Below, piece by piece: positions 56,569 through 64,000 of a stretch of DNA of 64,000 nucleotides (position 1 is the first letter of the stretch; every line of letters starts with the position of its first letter). The stretch covers positions 1-64,000 of IMG/VR virus record IMGVR_UViG_3300027759_000073. One strand, 5' to 3'. The position numbers and the translations under genes are program-made. A model generated the notes under the pieces. The model was not told the origin of the DNA and made no database searches. It saw only the letters and a program-made list of their open reading frames with translations. This stretch comes from a virus.

Positions 56569-59287
56569 CTGTTTTCTCCGTGATAGATAGTGGCTCACTA
56601 ATGAGGCCTTTTTGCATCATAACATTATCAATGTACCCATCTGACTTTAGTTCAGGTGGTTTCTTGCCGAAGTCACGGTAGTGACGAGCGAGATGATTAT
56701 ACACAGCCTTGCGGTCTTCTCCGCGAAGTATCGTTCCGCCGCGTCCACCGTTGAGGATTGCCATTTCGGATTTCAACTCTGAGTATGCAGCAGCACCTGG
56801 CTGTCCGTCTTCTGAAACATGGTGATGGATAAATGTGTAGTGCGTTTTACGAGTTCCGTCGGTACCAGGAATATGATAAGCAAAAATCTTGCTGTAATAG
56901 TCCTTCCCTTCTGGTGAACGAGTATTAAGAATTGCCGAGCGGTCGAGTCTTTCATCGTCGCGAACTGCAGTCTTATGCGATGGGATTGGTCCTCCAGCAG
57001 CCTTCACTTCGATTCCAGAATCTGGGCTAAGCGGCTTTGAGATGATTCCTTTTTGAATCATGATGTAGTCAACAAATTCATCTGACTTCAGTTCTGGAGG
57101 TTCTTTTCCAGCATCGCGATAATGTGAAGCGATATGGTTGTAAACGCCACGGCGTGCCTCACCACGAAGAACTGTTCCAGAGCGACCACCGTTCAAAACA
57201 GCCATTGAATTAATCAGCGCCGAGTACGAAGCCTCTCCTGGGGTTCCATCATTTCCGACATAGTGGTGGATGAAATTGTAGTGAGTTTTACGGGTTCCAT
57301 CGGTATTTGGATTTTGGAATGCAAACAGTCTGTTGTAATAAGATGGAGTTGCTGGTGATTTCATATTGCGAAAAGGAACTGTCTTATCCCAAGCCCGTGA
57401 AGTATTTACATCAGTTTTATGGGTTGCAATAACACGACCATTTGGGCCTGCATCTTTAACTTCTTCATCAATAGAAATCATCGACTTTGGATATTCAACT
57501 TGCTGGCTTCCCATATCCGCATCTGTTACTGGTCCACCAGTTACCCAAGCATCACAGGTTCGTTGTCCAGCACACTTAAAATCAAAAATTTCGCAGTAAC
57601 CAAGGTTCGCTTTTTCAACAATTGCAACTGCCTCTGGGCCTGAATCAAGACCTTTTTCTATGCATGAAATCATTTTTTCAGTCTGAATAAATGCAGCACA
57701 ATTTGAGCACAAAGATTGCTTTGCAATTTCTGGAGTTGTATTAAATAAATCTCCCTTTGCAACCCAAAACTCTTCGTTCGGTAATTCTGGATTCATTGGT
57801 CCATAATTTGCAACTTTGACTGCATTTAGTCTGTTTGCAAGATTGATGGAAACATCTTGAGTTGCTGCTGGGCACCCATCAATTGTTTCCTCTTCCATGT
57901 CAATGGCTTTTTCACCTTCCATCTCTGAATTTAGTTCTTCAAGATGTGCCTGTGCTTCGGCAAGATTGAGATGGCATCCATCGGTGACAATTCCCTCTCC
58001 AACTTTTACGACTGCATAACCGCTACAACCCTGAACATCTTGCTCAATGCTGTATGGCTTTTCTTCTGGAGCATTTGGCGTGGTACCAATTCGCTGCGGT
58101 GTACCGAAAGAGCCTGGTGTTCCTGATGGCATATCAGTGAAGGCATCCTTCTTCGAAATATCCATCTTTGTAAGGGTTGAGAACTTATGCCCAACTCGCA
58201 CTTCTGTAGGAGAATAATCAAGCCCCTCTTTGCGGTAAACACGAATTAATGCTGCTGGGTCTTCTGGTGTACCAGTAATAGCGAAACTGCTATTCGGGAC
58301 ATCTATTTCACCGTCGCGCTCAATACGCTCAATTCGTCCGTATGCTCTACCACCAGATGCGCGCCAAGTAACAAAGTCGCTAGTCTTCAGCCCGTTTGGT
58401 TCTGCTTTCATTTCATCGCGTGAGTTCATTGCGTCAACAAGTTTTTGAGCCCAGCGCCATCCAGCATTTCCACCCCAGAGTTTCCATGCAATCAGTCCTG
58501 CACCTGGATAACCATCTGCGCCTGGCTTGCTATTGGCTGGAGTCTTGAGGTCTACTGCGTGGCGAGGGAAGTAGCGCGCGATGTGACGAGCCTTTTCAGG
58601 GCTAACAGCAGAATTGTTGAGTAGGTAATTAGCCGTAGCCTTACCGACCTCAGTTCCGCCTCGGTTAAATTCTTTCGACCACCCGAGACCAGTCTCTGCT
58701 TGACTTTTAACACCAGAAGGAATGCCGAAATCAATATCGTCGTACTTTCCAGGAGCCTTTGCTTCAATTTCGACTCCGTCCTCTTTTAGGCTTAATGTAC
58801 GGGTGCTTGGGGCAGCACCAAAAATTACTGGTGAGTACTCAAACAGTTCCAATTGCTTGATATAGCGAATTCCAGTTTTTGAATCAACTGTGTATTTTCC
58901 TTCTGGAACCGCGTAGCCAATTGACCATTCTTGCTCTGGGCCGAAGAACTGGACATCAAAAAAGGCATCGCGCCCACGGCTTGTATTTAGATTGAACTGC
59001 ATTTTTACAAGCAGAGCACCAGCATTTTGCTGAATAAGGTCATTTGGAAGGCGTGGGTCATTTGGAAGAAGTTCCTCAACACGGAGAGTCTTACCAACTG
59101 GGATATTCGTATCGTGAGACCATACGACTTTAGGGTTACGCTTCTTTAGAGTTAATTTATAAGCGCCTGGCTCAATTACATCGTTTACGGAGTCGACGAT
59201 ATTGGTAACGGAGACAATTGCCTCAACGATTCCATCCACATCATCAATGCCACGAACTGATGAAACTGATACTTGTTTGTGTTCCAA
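56555..59287 (-). CDS. HK97-type prohead protease with long multidomain C-terminal extension
   Basis: DSVNDVIEPGAY...WSHD...PVG...EWSIGY...ELFEYSPV.FGA in the first ~175 aa; likely start TTG at 59287 behind GGAGG. Confidence 0.85.
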   Translation of the reverse strand: MEHKQVSVSSVRGIDDVDGIVEAIVSVTNIVDSVNDVIEPGAYKLTLKKRNPKVVWSHDTNIPVGKTLRVEELLPNDPRLPNDLIQQNAGALLVKMQFNLNTSRGRDAFFDVQFFGPEQEWSIGYAVPEGKYTVDSKTGIRYIKQLELFEYSPVIFGAAPSTRTLSLKEDGVEIEAKAPGKYDDIDFGIPSGVKSQAETGLGWSKEFNRGGTEVGKATANYLLNNSAVSPEKARHIARYFPRHAVDLKTPANSKPGADGYPGAGLIAWKLWGGNAGWRWAQKLVDAMNSRDEMKAEPNGLKTSDFVTWRASGGRAYGRIERIERDGEIDVPNSSFAITGTPEDPAALIRVYRKEGLDYSPTEVRVGHKFSTLTKMDISKKDAFTDMPSGTPGSFGTPQRIGTTPNAPEEKPYSIEQDVQGCSGYAVVKVGEGIVTDGCHLNLAEAQAHLEELNSEMEGEKAIDMEEETIDGCPAATQDVSINLANRLNAVKVANYGPMNPELPNEEFWVAKGDLFNTTPEIAKQSLCSNCAAFIQTEKMISCIEKGLDSGPEAVAIVEKANLGYCEIFDFKCAGQRTCDAWVTGGPVTDADMGSQQVEYPKSMISIDEEVKDAGPNGRVIATHKTDVNTSRAWDKTVPFRNMKSPATPSYYNRLFAFQNPNTDGTRKTHYNFIHHYVGNDGTPGEASYSALINSMAVLNGGRSGTVLRGEARRGVYNHIASHYRDAGKEPPELKSDEFVDYIMIQKGIISKPLSPDSGIEVKAAGGPIPSHKTAVRDDERLDRSAILNTRSPEGKDYYSKIFAYHIPGTDGTRKTHYTFIHHHVSEDGQPGAAAYSELKSEMAILNGGRGGTILRGEDRKAVYNHLARHYRDFGKKPPELKSDGYIDNVMMQKGLISEPLSITEKTDEQD

Positions 59288-59367
59288 AACGGCCTCCTGC
59301 AAGAAGAGTAGCAGAAAATTGCAGTAAATGTTGTAATGTAGAGACTAACTATTTAATTTCGTATAGT

Positions 59368-61539
59368 CTATGAAAACAAAAGTGTGCAACTGCAGTTCAT
59401 CACAAACTCAGTTGGTGCTTCTGGGTCTCCAGGGTACATTGCAGACTTGCCATTAATCTCAAACTTCTCGTCGATGCCGACTGTCTGACTGGCAAGTTCA
59501 GCGTGCTCATTGCGTGCTGAGTCTTGACTTGGGCGGTGAACCCATGTCTTTTTTGTATATCCAAGTTCTTTTGCTGCCCATAGAAGACCAGCATTGAACG
59601 CCCCGCCAACTTCTGTTTTGGAGATTGTTTTAACTCGCGAACTAAATGCCGAAGCGAACCATGCTTTTAGAGCAGTGATGAACTCTTGGTGCGACTTTGA
59701 GCGATGCTCGCTAATAATTTTTTCAATATTGCGCTTGCTCGTCTCGTTAATAGATGAAATAGCCTTAATTCGTGGGCTAACGATTTCGTCCATCGTTACA
59801 TTTCCTGGGTTTAAAGAATCAACTTTTGTTGAGGCTACTTCGATTGCCCCATCAAGGAACACTGATGCAACCCATGTTTTTGCATCGGAGATGAGTTGGT
59901 CATTCCACACGGCAACATCAAAAATGTCTTCTGCTTTGATTCCTTCTCCAGAATCCCATTTTTCCTTAACCTTTTTAGAGGCTGCTTTTTCAATTGTTAC
60001 TCGCTCTTGGCGCTTCAACATTGAACCAATCTGAAGCGCGACACTTTGCTCAAGACGGGTAATCTGGCGCGTGCGGCGAACCCCAATGTCTTCGGAAGAC
60101 TTTGATTCCTCAATGTCATGGGCTAAAGGGGTTAGTGGTGGTGTAAAAATTGACCTTGGTGTTGGAGGGTTGGTCGGCTCTATCGAATCGTTTGGTCGCG
60201 AGTTCGGACTTGAGTTTGGCAACGCTGGGTCTGGTGCATCCGCAGGACGGCGACCTGGCCTTTGGTTCGGGTTCAACGGAGCGCCATCTTCTGGTTGTTG
60301 CTGACCGCCATTGTTTGTCTGCATGACAACTGGTGAAAGGTTTGTTGGGATTAGCAACTCATCAATTCCAACACCTTCGCGCCCAGTGAGTTCGCGGTAT
60401 TCATCAATTGAAATTGCACCCTGCTTCAATTCTTCAAGATGGAATCGAGCACGCTCTCTATCGTCACGGCTCAAAATTGCAACCGAAGAAAGGTCATAAG
60501 CAAAGTATGTAGTTGGGTCTTCGTCTAATTTGTCAAAAGACCGCTCAAGAAGCGTCAGGTGAGGAACCATTGTCTCTCGCCAGAATACTTCTAGTTCAAC
60601 ATCAGCATTAGCAAATGTCCTATTTGATGCATTTCCAATTACTGATTCGGGTACACCAAAGGCGAGAAGAATCTCTTCCTTGTTCATTTGACGAGCCTCG
60701 ATATATTGAGCATCTCGCTGATTGGTTGATGTATCAATAAACTTTGCATCTTCAGCAGACATTACGGTTAGGCGACCTGCGCCACCGATATTTGAGCCAG
60801 TACTTCCCTTGAAGCGGCGTTGAATTTCTTCTGCCTGTTCTTCTTCCATGTCTCCGTTAATTACAAGAATTCCGCCTGGTCGACCATCATTAACCATAAA
60901 GTTACGGTTGAAAACTTTTGCGTAATAGTCGTACTCAATTGCTAGTCCAGCAGACTCAAGTGGAGTCTGTCCTTTGAATGGGTCAATTGGGTGTGGAACT
61001 CTTGTCCAAATTACATCTTTGGCATCAATGATTCTTTTTGGGGTATTTGGATACTCAACAGAGAATCCAGATACGAATCTGTCTGGGTCTGGAATTGGGA
61101 AGGTGTATTGCGGAGGAAGCAAAACTAGTGCGGCAACTTCTCCCATGCGATTACGAATGATTTCCACAAACGCACCACGCTGAGAAAGCAACAACTGCGA
61201 TGACAGCATAAAGCGGAATGAAAAAGCATCTTGACCAGGGTTTGCATTGCGATTCATAATCTGCAAAATTGGGTCGTCGTATGTTAGTTCGCCGATTCTC
61301 CAGTCGCCCTTTCTCATGGCAATCGGGAGAGATGCAGCGTTTGCTGAAATTGCGTAAACTGCTTTGTAAACCCAAGTAACTCTGTCAAGTGCTTGTGTTA
61401 CTGAGCGCTCCAAGTCCCAGCCATCTTTGTATGGCTTTAGGGGGCGGCCAGGACCGCTTGATGGTGCGTAAAACTGTTTCTTATCTGGGGCTACAAAACC
61501 TTGTTGGTCGTGTGTGTTAAATGAGCGAAGGAATGCCAT
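59368..61539 (-). CDS. HK97-family portal fused to a MuF-like head morphogenesis domain
   Basis: WVYKAV..I...AASLP, G.TPL, N...PGG, I..AFGVP; Pro-rich linker; C-terminal KKTW...R.EH...YPGDP...NCSC. Confidence 0.9.
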   Translation of the reverse strand: MAFLRSFNTHDQQGFVAPDKKQFYAPSSGPGRPLKPYKDGWDLERSVTQALDRVTWVYKAVYAISANAASLPIAMRKGDWRIGELTYDDPILQIMNRNANPGQDAFSFRFMLSSQLLLSQRGAFVEIIRNRMGEVAALVLLPPQYTFPIPDPDRFVSGFSVEYPNTPKRIIDAKDVIWTRVPHPIDPFKGQTPLESAGLAIEYDYYAKVFNRNFMVNDGRPGGILVINGDMEEEQAEEIQRRFKGSTGSNIGGAGRLTVMSAEDAKFIDTSTNQRDAQYIEARQMNKEEILLAFGVPESVIGNASNRTFANADVELEVFWRETMVPHLTLLERSFDKLDEDPTTYFAYDLSSVAILSRDDRERARFHLEELKQGAISIDEYRELTGREGVGIDELLIPTNLSPVVMQTNNGGQQQPEDGAPLNPNQRPGRRPADAPDPALPNSSPNSRPNDSIEPTNPPTPRSIFTPPLTPLAHDIEESKSSEDIGVRRTRQITRLEQSVALQIGSMLKRQERVTIEKAASKKVKEKWDSGEGIKAEDIFDVAVWNDQLISDAKTWVASVFLDGAIEVASTKVDSLNPGNVTMDEIVSPRIKAISSINETSKRNIEKIISEHRSKSHQEFITALKAWFASAFSSRVKTISKTEVGGAFNAGLLWAAKELGYTKKTWVHRPSQDSARNEHAELASQTVGIDEKFEINGKSAMYPGDPEAPTEFVMNCSCTLLFS

Positions 61540-61542
61540 TTA

Positions 61543-61815
61543 CTACCCTCTCTCGTATCCAAATAAAATACCAATACCAATTAGACATGCCGCGATAACA
61601 CATACGCCAGCAATGTCGCTGTACATAAAACCAGCAGTAGAAGCAGAAGACACACCGCCAGCAATCGCTGTAGTGGAGATTCTTCCTCTTAAATCAATGT
61701 TCAACTTTGGCGATATAAACCAAACTAGGCCAGCCATAAATACTGCTACTGCTAGACCTATATACATACCGAAATCCTCTTTTGAATTAGCCGTGCCAAT
61801 TTCATATACCAACAC
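61543..61815 (-). CDS. small membrane protein preceding the portal
   Basis: Two to three hydrophobic segments; start uncertain. Confidence 0.55.
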   Translation of the reverse strand: MLVYEIGTANSKEDFGMYIGLAVAVFMAGLVWFISPKLNIDLRGRISTTAIAGGVSSASTAGFMYSDIAGVCVIAACLIGIGILFGYERG

Positions 61816-61843
61816 TAAGTTACACTAAATTTTCATAGAATTG

Positions 61844-61895
61844 TTTGCGTGTCACGGGATAAGTCGTTCCCACTAACCCTCCCGTGACACACAAA
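61844..61895. terminator. long inverted repeat after ssb
   Basis: TTTGCGTGTCACGGGA ... TCCCGTGACACACAAA; 16-bp arms with one mismatch and a 20-nt loop. Confidence 0.55.
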
Positions 61896-61900
61896 TTCAA

Positions 61901-62347
61901 TCAGAATGGCGGTTCGTCATCAAGGAATGATGCCGCTGCTGGCTTCTTGCCAGTATTCTGGTACTGCTGACCACTTTGCGCGGCAGGGTTTCCAGACTTT
62001 GCAACGCCTTCTACTGTTGCTTTTCGCAGTGAAACTGCAATGTCATCAGCAATAACTACAACCTTTTTCTTGGTTGAGCCGTCGTTTTTGTCTGTCCATT
62101 CCTGCTGTTCTAGCCGTCCAACCACAACAACCTTATTGCCCTTGCTCAGGCTGGCTGCTGCGTTATCTGCTAGTTCTCCCCACGCTGTGAGGTCAAAGAA
62201 TGATGTTTGCTCTTCCCAGTTATCTTGCTTGTCCCGCCAACGGCGAGTGACAGCAATACCTACTGTTAATAGCGAAGAACCAGTCTTCGTTGCTTTAAGA
62301 ACTGGGTCTGCTGTGAGATTGCCAGTCATTGTTACCTGTGTGCTCAT
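61901..62347 (-). CDS. ssb: single-stranded DNA-binding protein
   Basis: GNLTADP.L, WGELADNAA.SL.KG..V.V.GRLEQ..W, acidic tail DDEPPF (actinobacterial style). Confidence 0.95.
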   Translation of the reverse strand: MSTQVTMTGNLTADPVLKATKTGSSLLTVGIAVTRRWRDKQDNWEEQTSFFDLTAWGELADNAAASLSKGNKVVVVGRLEQQEWTDKNDGSTKKKVVVIADDIAVSLRKATVEGVAKSGNPAAQSGQQYQNTGKKPAAASFLDDEPPF

Positions 62348-62892
62348 TTTTCTCCTGATTTTTCTTTATCCTGATTTTTCATGTCTAACAAGAACCAGCC
62401 TCTAATCCACATGATTGCAATTATGGAATAACCACAAATGTCAAGCCATGTGTCTTTTACAGGCTCAAAAAGTACGGGGCCGTCAAAGCCACGCAGGTTC
62501 TTGAGTCTTTCCAACTTATCATTCATACGAATGACAATGCCTGGAACCTCGAAACGGGCGATGTTTCCATGCCCGTACATCTTTTGTTTTCCCACAACAG
62601 TTGTATACACAAATGCTGCTGAAGCCTTATGGTCTTCTTTCCCGACCAAAGAATATCCATGCAGACCAGCAACCGCAAGATTAAAAAACATTTCCTCAAG
62701 GAAGTCTGGGTCTACATCTTTAGTGTGAAATGCCAAGTCAACAATTTCGTCAAAGTTCTTCTGAACAAAATCATTGACTTTAGATTCGCTCTTGCTTTTT
62801 GCAATCTCGTATTGTTTGCACTTATCAGCAATTTCATTTACTACTAGAGCAGCGGCGCTTTCCCAATTTCCTGGTTTAATATCTTTTCTCAC
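62344..62892 (-). CDS. DUF1599/Nmad1-like (nucleotide-modification-associated) all-alpha protein
   Basis: KQ..YG..NI..F...GI.IRM.DK.ERL.NL...E...DT..D..GY.II. Confidence 0.7.
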   Translation of the reverse strand: MRKDIKPGNWESAAALVVNEIADKCKQYEIAKSKSESKVNDFVQKNFDEIVDLAFHTKDVDPDFLEEMFFNLAVAGLHGYSLVGKEDHKASAAFVYTTVVGKQKMYGHGNIARFEVPGIVIRMNDKLERLKNLRGFDGPVLFEPVKDTWLDICGYSIIAIMWIRGWFLLDMKNQDKEKSGEK

Positions 62893-63665
62893 ATAAGCCC
62901 CTTGTGCTGTATTGGTGCAAGCATAGCAGTTTTAGACTGCCGTGATTCCCATTCGAATGTTCTGCGTAGGGCTAAGAATGTAGCAAAGATATCGTCGTCG
63001 ATGCGCAATGGTTGATACGACCACTTATCTGGGCGTAGCAGAAGTGCGGCACCGCCGTCAACCTTCGGCATCGGTATCTCGTTGTCTCCATCAAAAATAA
63101 CATCAGCATTTGCGTATGCGGCTAATTGAAGAGCAACCTTTGCAGAAATTCCAGACCTTGTTGTTTTGAAGTCAAGAAGAATCTTTTTATCGTTAATCTT
63201 GCAGATTGCATCAAATGAACCTGCGTAATTGTGCGTAATGGAAAAGATTGATTTTTCTACATGAATCCATTCTGGTTCAAACCGCTTCTCAAATTCCCAA
63301 AAACCATGCAGAAACGGAAGCAGGTCATCATCGTACTTATAGTTTGGGTCAAGAATCAACTGCTCAATAGCCTCGTGGACTCGCGTACCAGTGTCTGCGG
63401 CTTTGTTCAACTCGCGCTCCGCAGCAGCCTTCAGCCAATCAATTGCCTTTACTTTTCCACCAGCGCTACCCAGTAGGGAGTCAATATGCTCACGCTCATT
63501 AATTGCCGCTTCTGCCGTCACCTTGCTATTCCACTTCGGCAGGTACGGCATTGGGAGCATTCCAACAATTGATGTGACACTGGGGGCAACCATATTTTTA
63601 ATATTTGGGTGCTTGTAGTGGCGATTGCCATTAATTGAAACTGTCTGAACTTTTGGATTTGTCAT
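62889..63665 (-). CDS. PD-(D/E)XK exonuclease (Cas4/RecB/YqaJ-like)
   Basis: PSVTSI, GTRVH..IE, E......YAGSFD, LDFKT, LQLAAY. Confidence 0.85.
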   Translation of the reverse strand: MTNPKVQTVSINGNRHYKHPNIKNMVAPSVTSIVGMLPMPYLPKWNSKVTAEAAINEREHIDSLLGSAGGKVKAIDWLKAAAERELNKAADTGTRVHEAIEQLILDPNYKYDDDLLPFLHGFWEFEKRFEPEWIHVEKSIFSITHNYAGSFDAICKINDKKILLDFKTTRSGISAKVALQLAAYANADVIFDGDNEIPMPKVDGGAALLLRPDKWSYQPLRIDDDIFATFLALRRTFEWESRQSKTAMLAPIQHKGLM

Positions 63666-63889
63666 TGAATAATTCTGTCCTTATCAATTGTTTTTTGATA
63701 CTCAGACCAATCAGCCTGGTACTTGTATTGTGTTGAACTTACACGCTTGTATAAATCCTGACCGCGATTCATAACAAGATACTCTGGGGTTGGATAAATG
63801 AACTCCAACTCCCTACCGTCAAACGAACCACCGATAAAGGTTATGTCAATTCTGTTTGGCGTTTTAGATGATGATTTTTTAGTTGCCAC
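63662..63889 (-). CDS. hypothetical protein
   Basis: 75-aa ORF with FIGGSFDG motif. Confidence 0.55.
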   Translation of the reverse strand: MATKKSSSKTPNRIDITFIGGSFDGRELEFIYPTPEYLVMNRGQDLYKRVSSTQYKYQADWSEYQKTIDKDRIIQ

Positions 63890-63999
63890 TACTTAAGTTG
63901 CTGTGCAATCTGAACAATTTTGACAAAATCTGACTGCATCTGGTCAACTAGTTTCACCAACTTAGTAACAAACGATTTGTCCATTACGACCGTATCTGT
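63889..63999 (-). CDS. 3' end of a hypothetical protein (truncated by the window)
   Basis: Open frame TDTVVMDKSFVTKLVKLVDQMQSDFVKIVQIAQQLK*, stop overlapping the next start. Confidence 0.5.
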   Translation of the reverse strand, partial: TDTVVMDKSFVTKLVKLVDQMQSDFVKIVQIAQQLK

Positions 64000-64000
64000 T

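Noticed and set aside
62889-63665. Cas4-like nuclease as a sign of CRISPR-Cas
   Set aside because: It lacks the Fe-S cysteines and sits with ssb in a recombination module; an ordinary phage exonuclease.
1-64000. Stop-codon reassignment, introns or inteins
   Set aside because: Genes tile densely under the standard code using all three stops; no split core genes or intein motifs were noticed.

Overview
The whole window is part of one large tailed (siphovirus-like) phage genome, with essentially every real gene on the minus strand. The host is probably actinobacterial (partial WhiB-like gene, actinobacterial-style SSB, GNHT-type ParB domains, apparent leaderless promoters). In transcription order (64000 to 1) it contains: exonuclease, DUF1599-like protein and SSB; an HK97-type head module (portal-MuF fusion, a 910-aa multidomain prohead protease, metallophosphoesterase, major capsid, neck); about 14 kb of repeat-rich tail fibre and Gly-rich adhesin genes; an oxygenase/flavin halogenase/Cys-cluster cassette directly behind a His-rich fibre protein; a glycosyltransferase/sugar-nucleotide cassette in front of a mucin-like surface protein; lysis genes split by a SMARCAL1-like helicase; tail tube, frameshifting chaperone, tape measure, Dit and tail tip; and a replication/recombination block. 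That last block holds the strongest candidate for a novel system: a translationally coupled operon of ParB-ParB, ParB-ParB-methyltransferase and a CmoA-like carboxy-SAM synthase, suggesting a carboxymethyl-type DNA modification. I saw no terminase, tRNA, CRISPR array, integrase or reverse transcriptase. All family calls come from motif recognition by eye, not from database searches.
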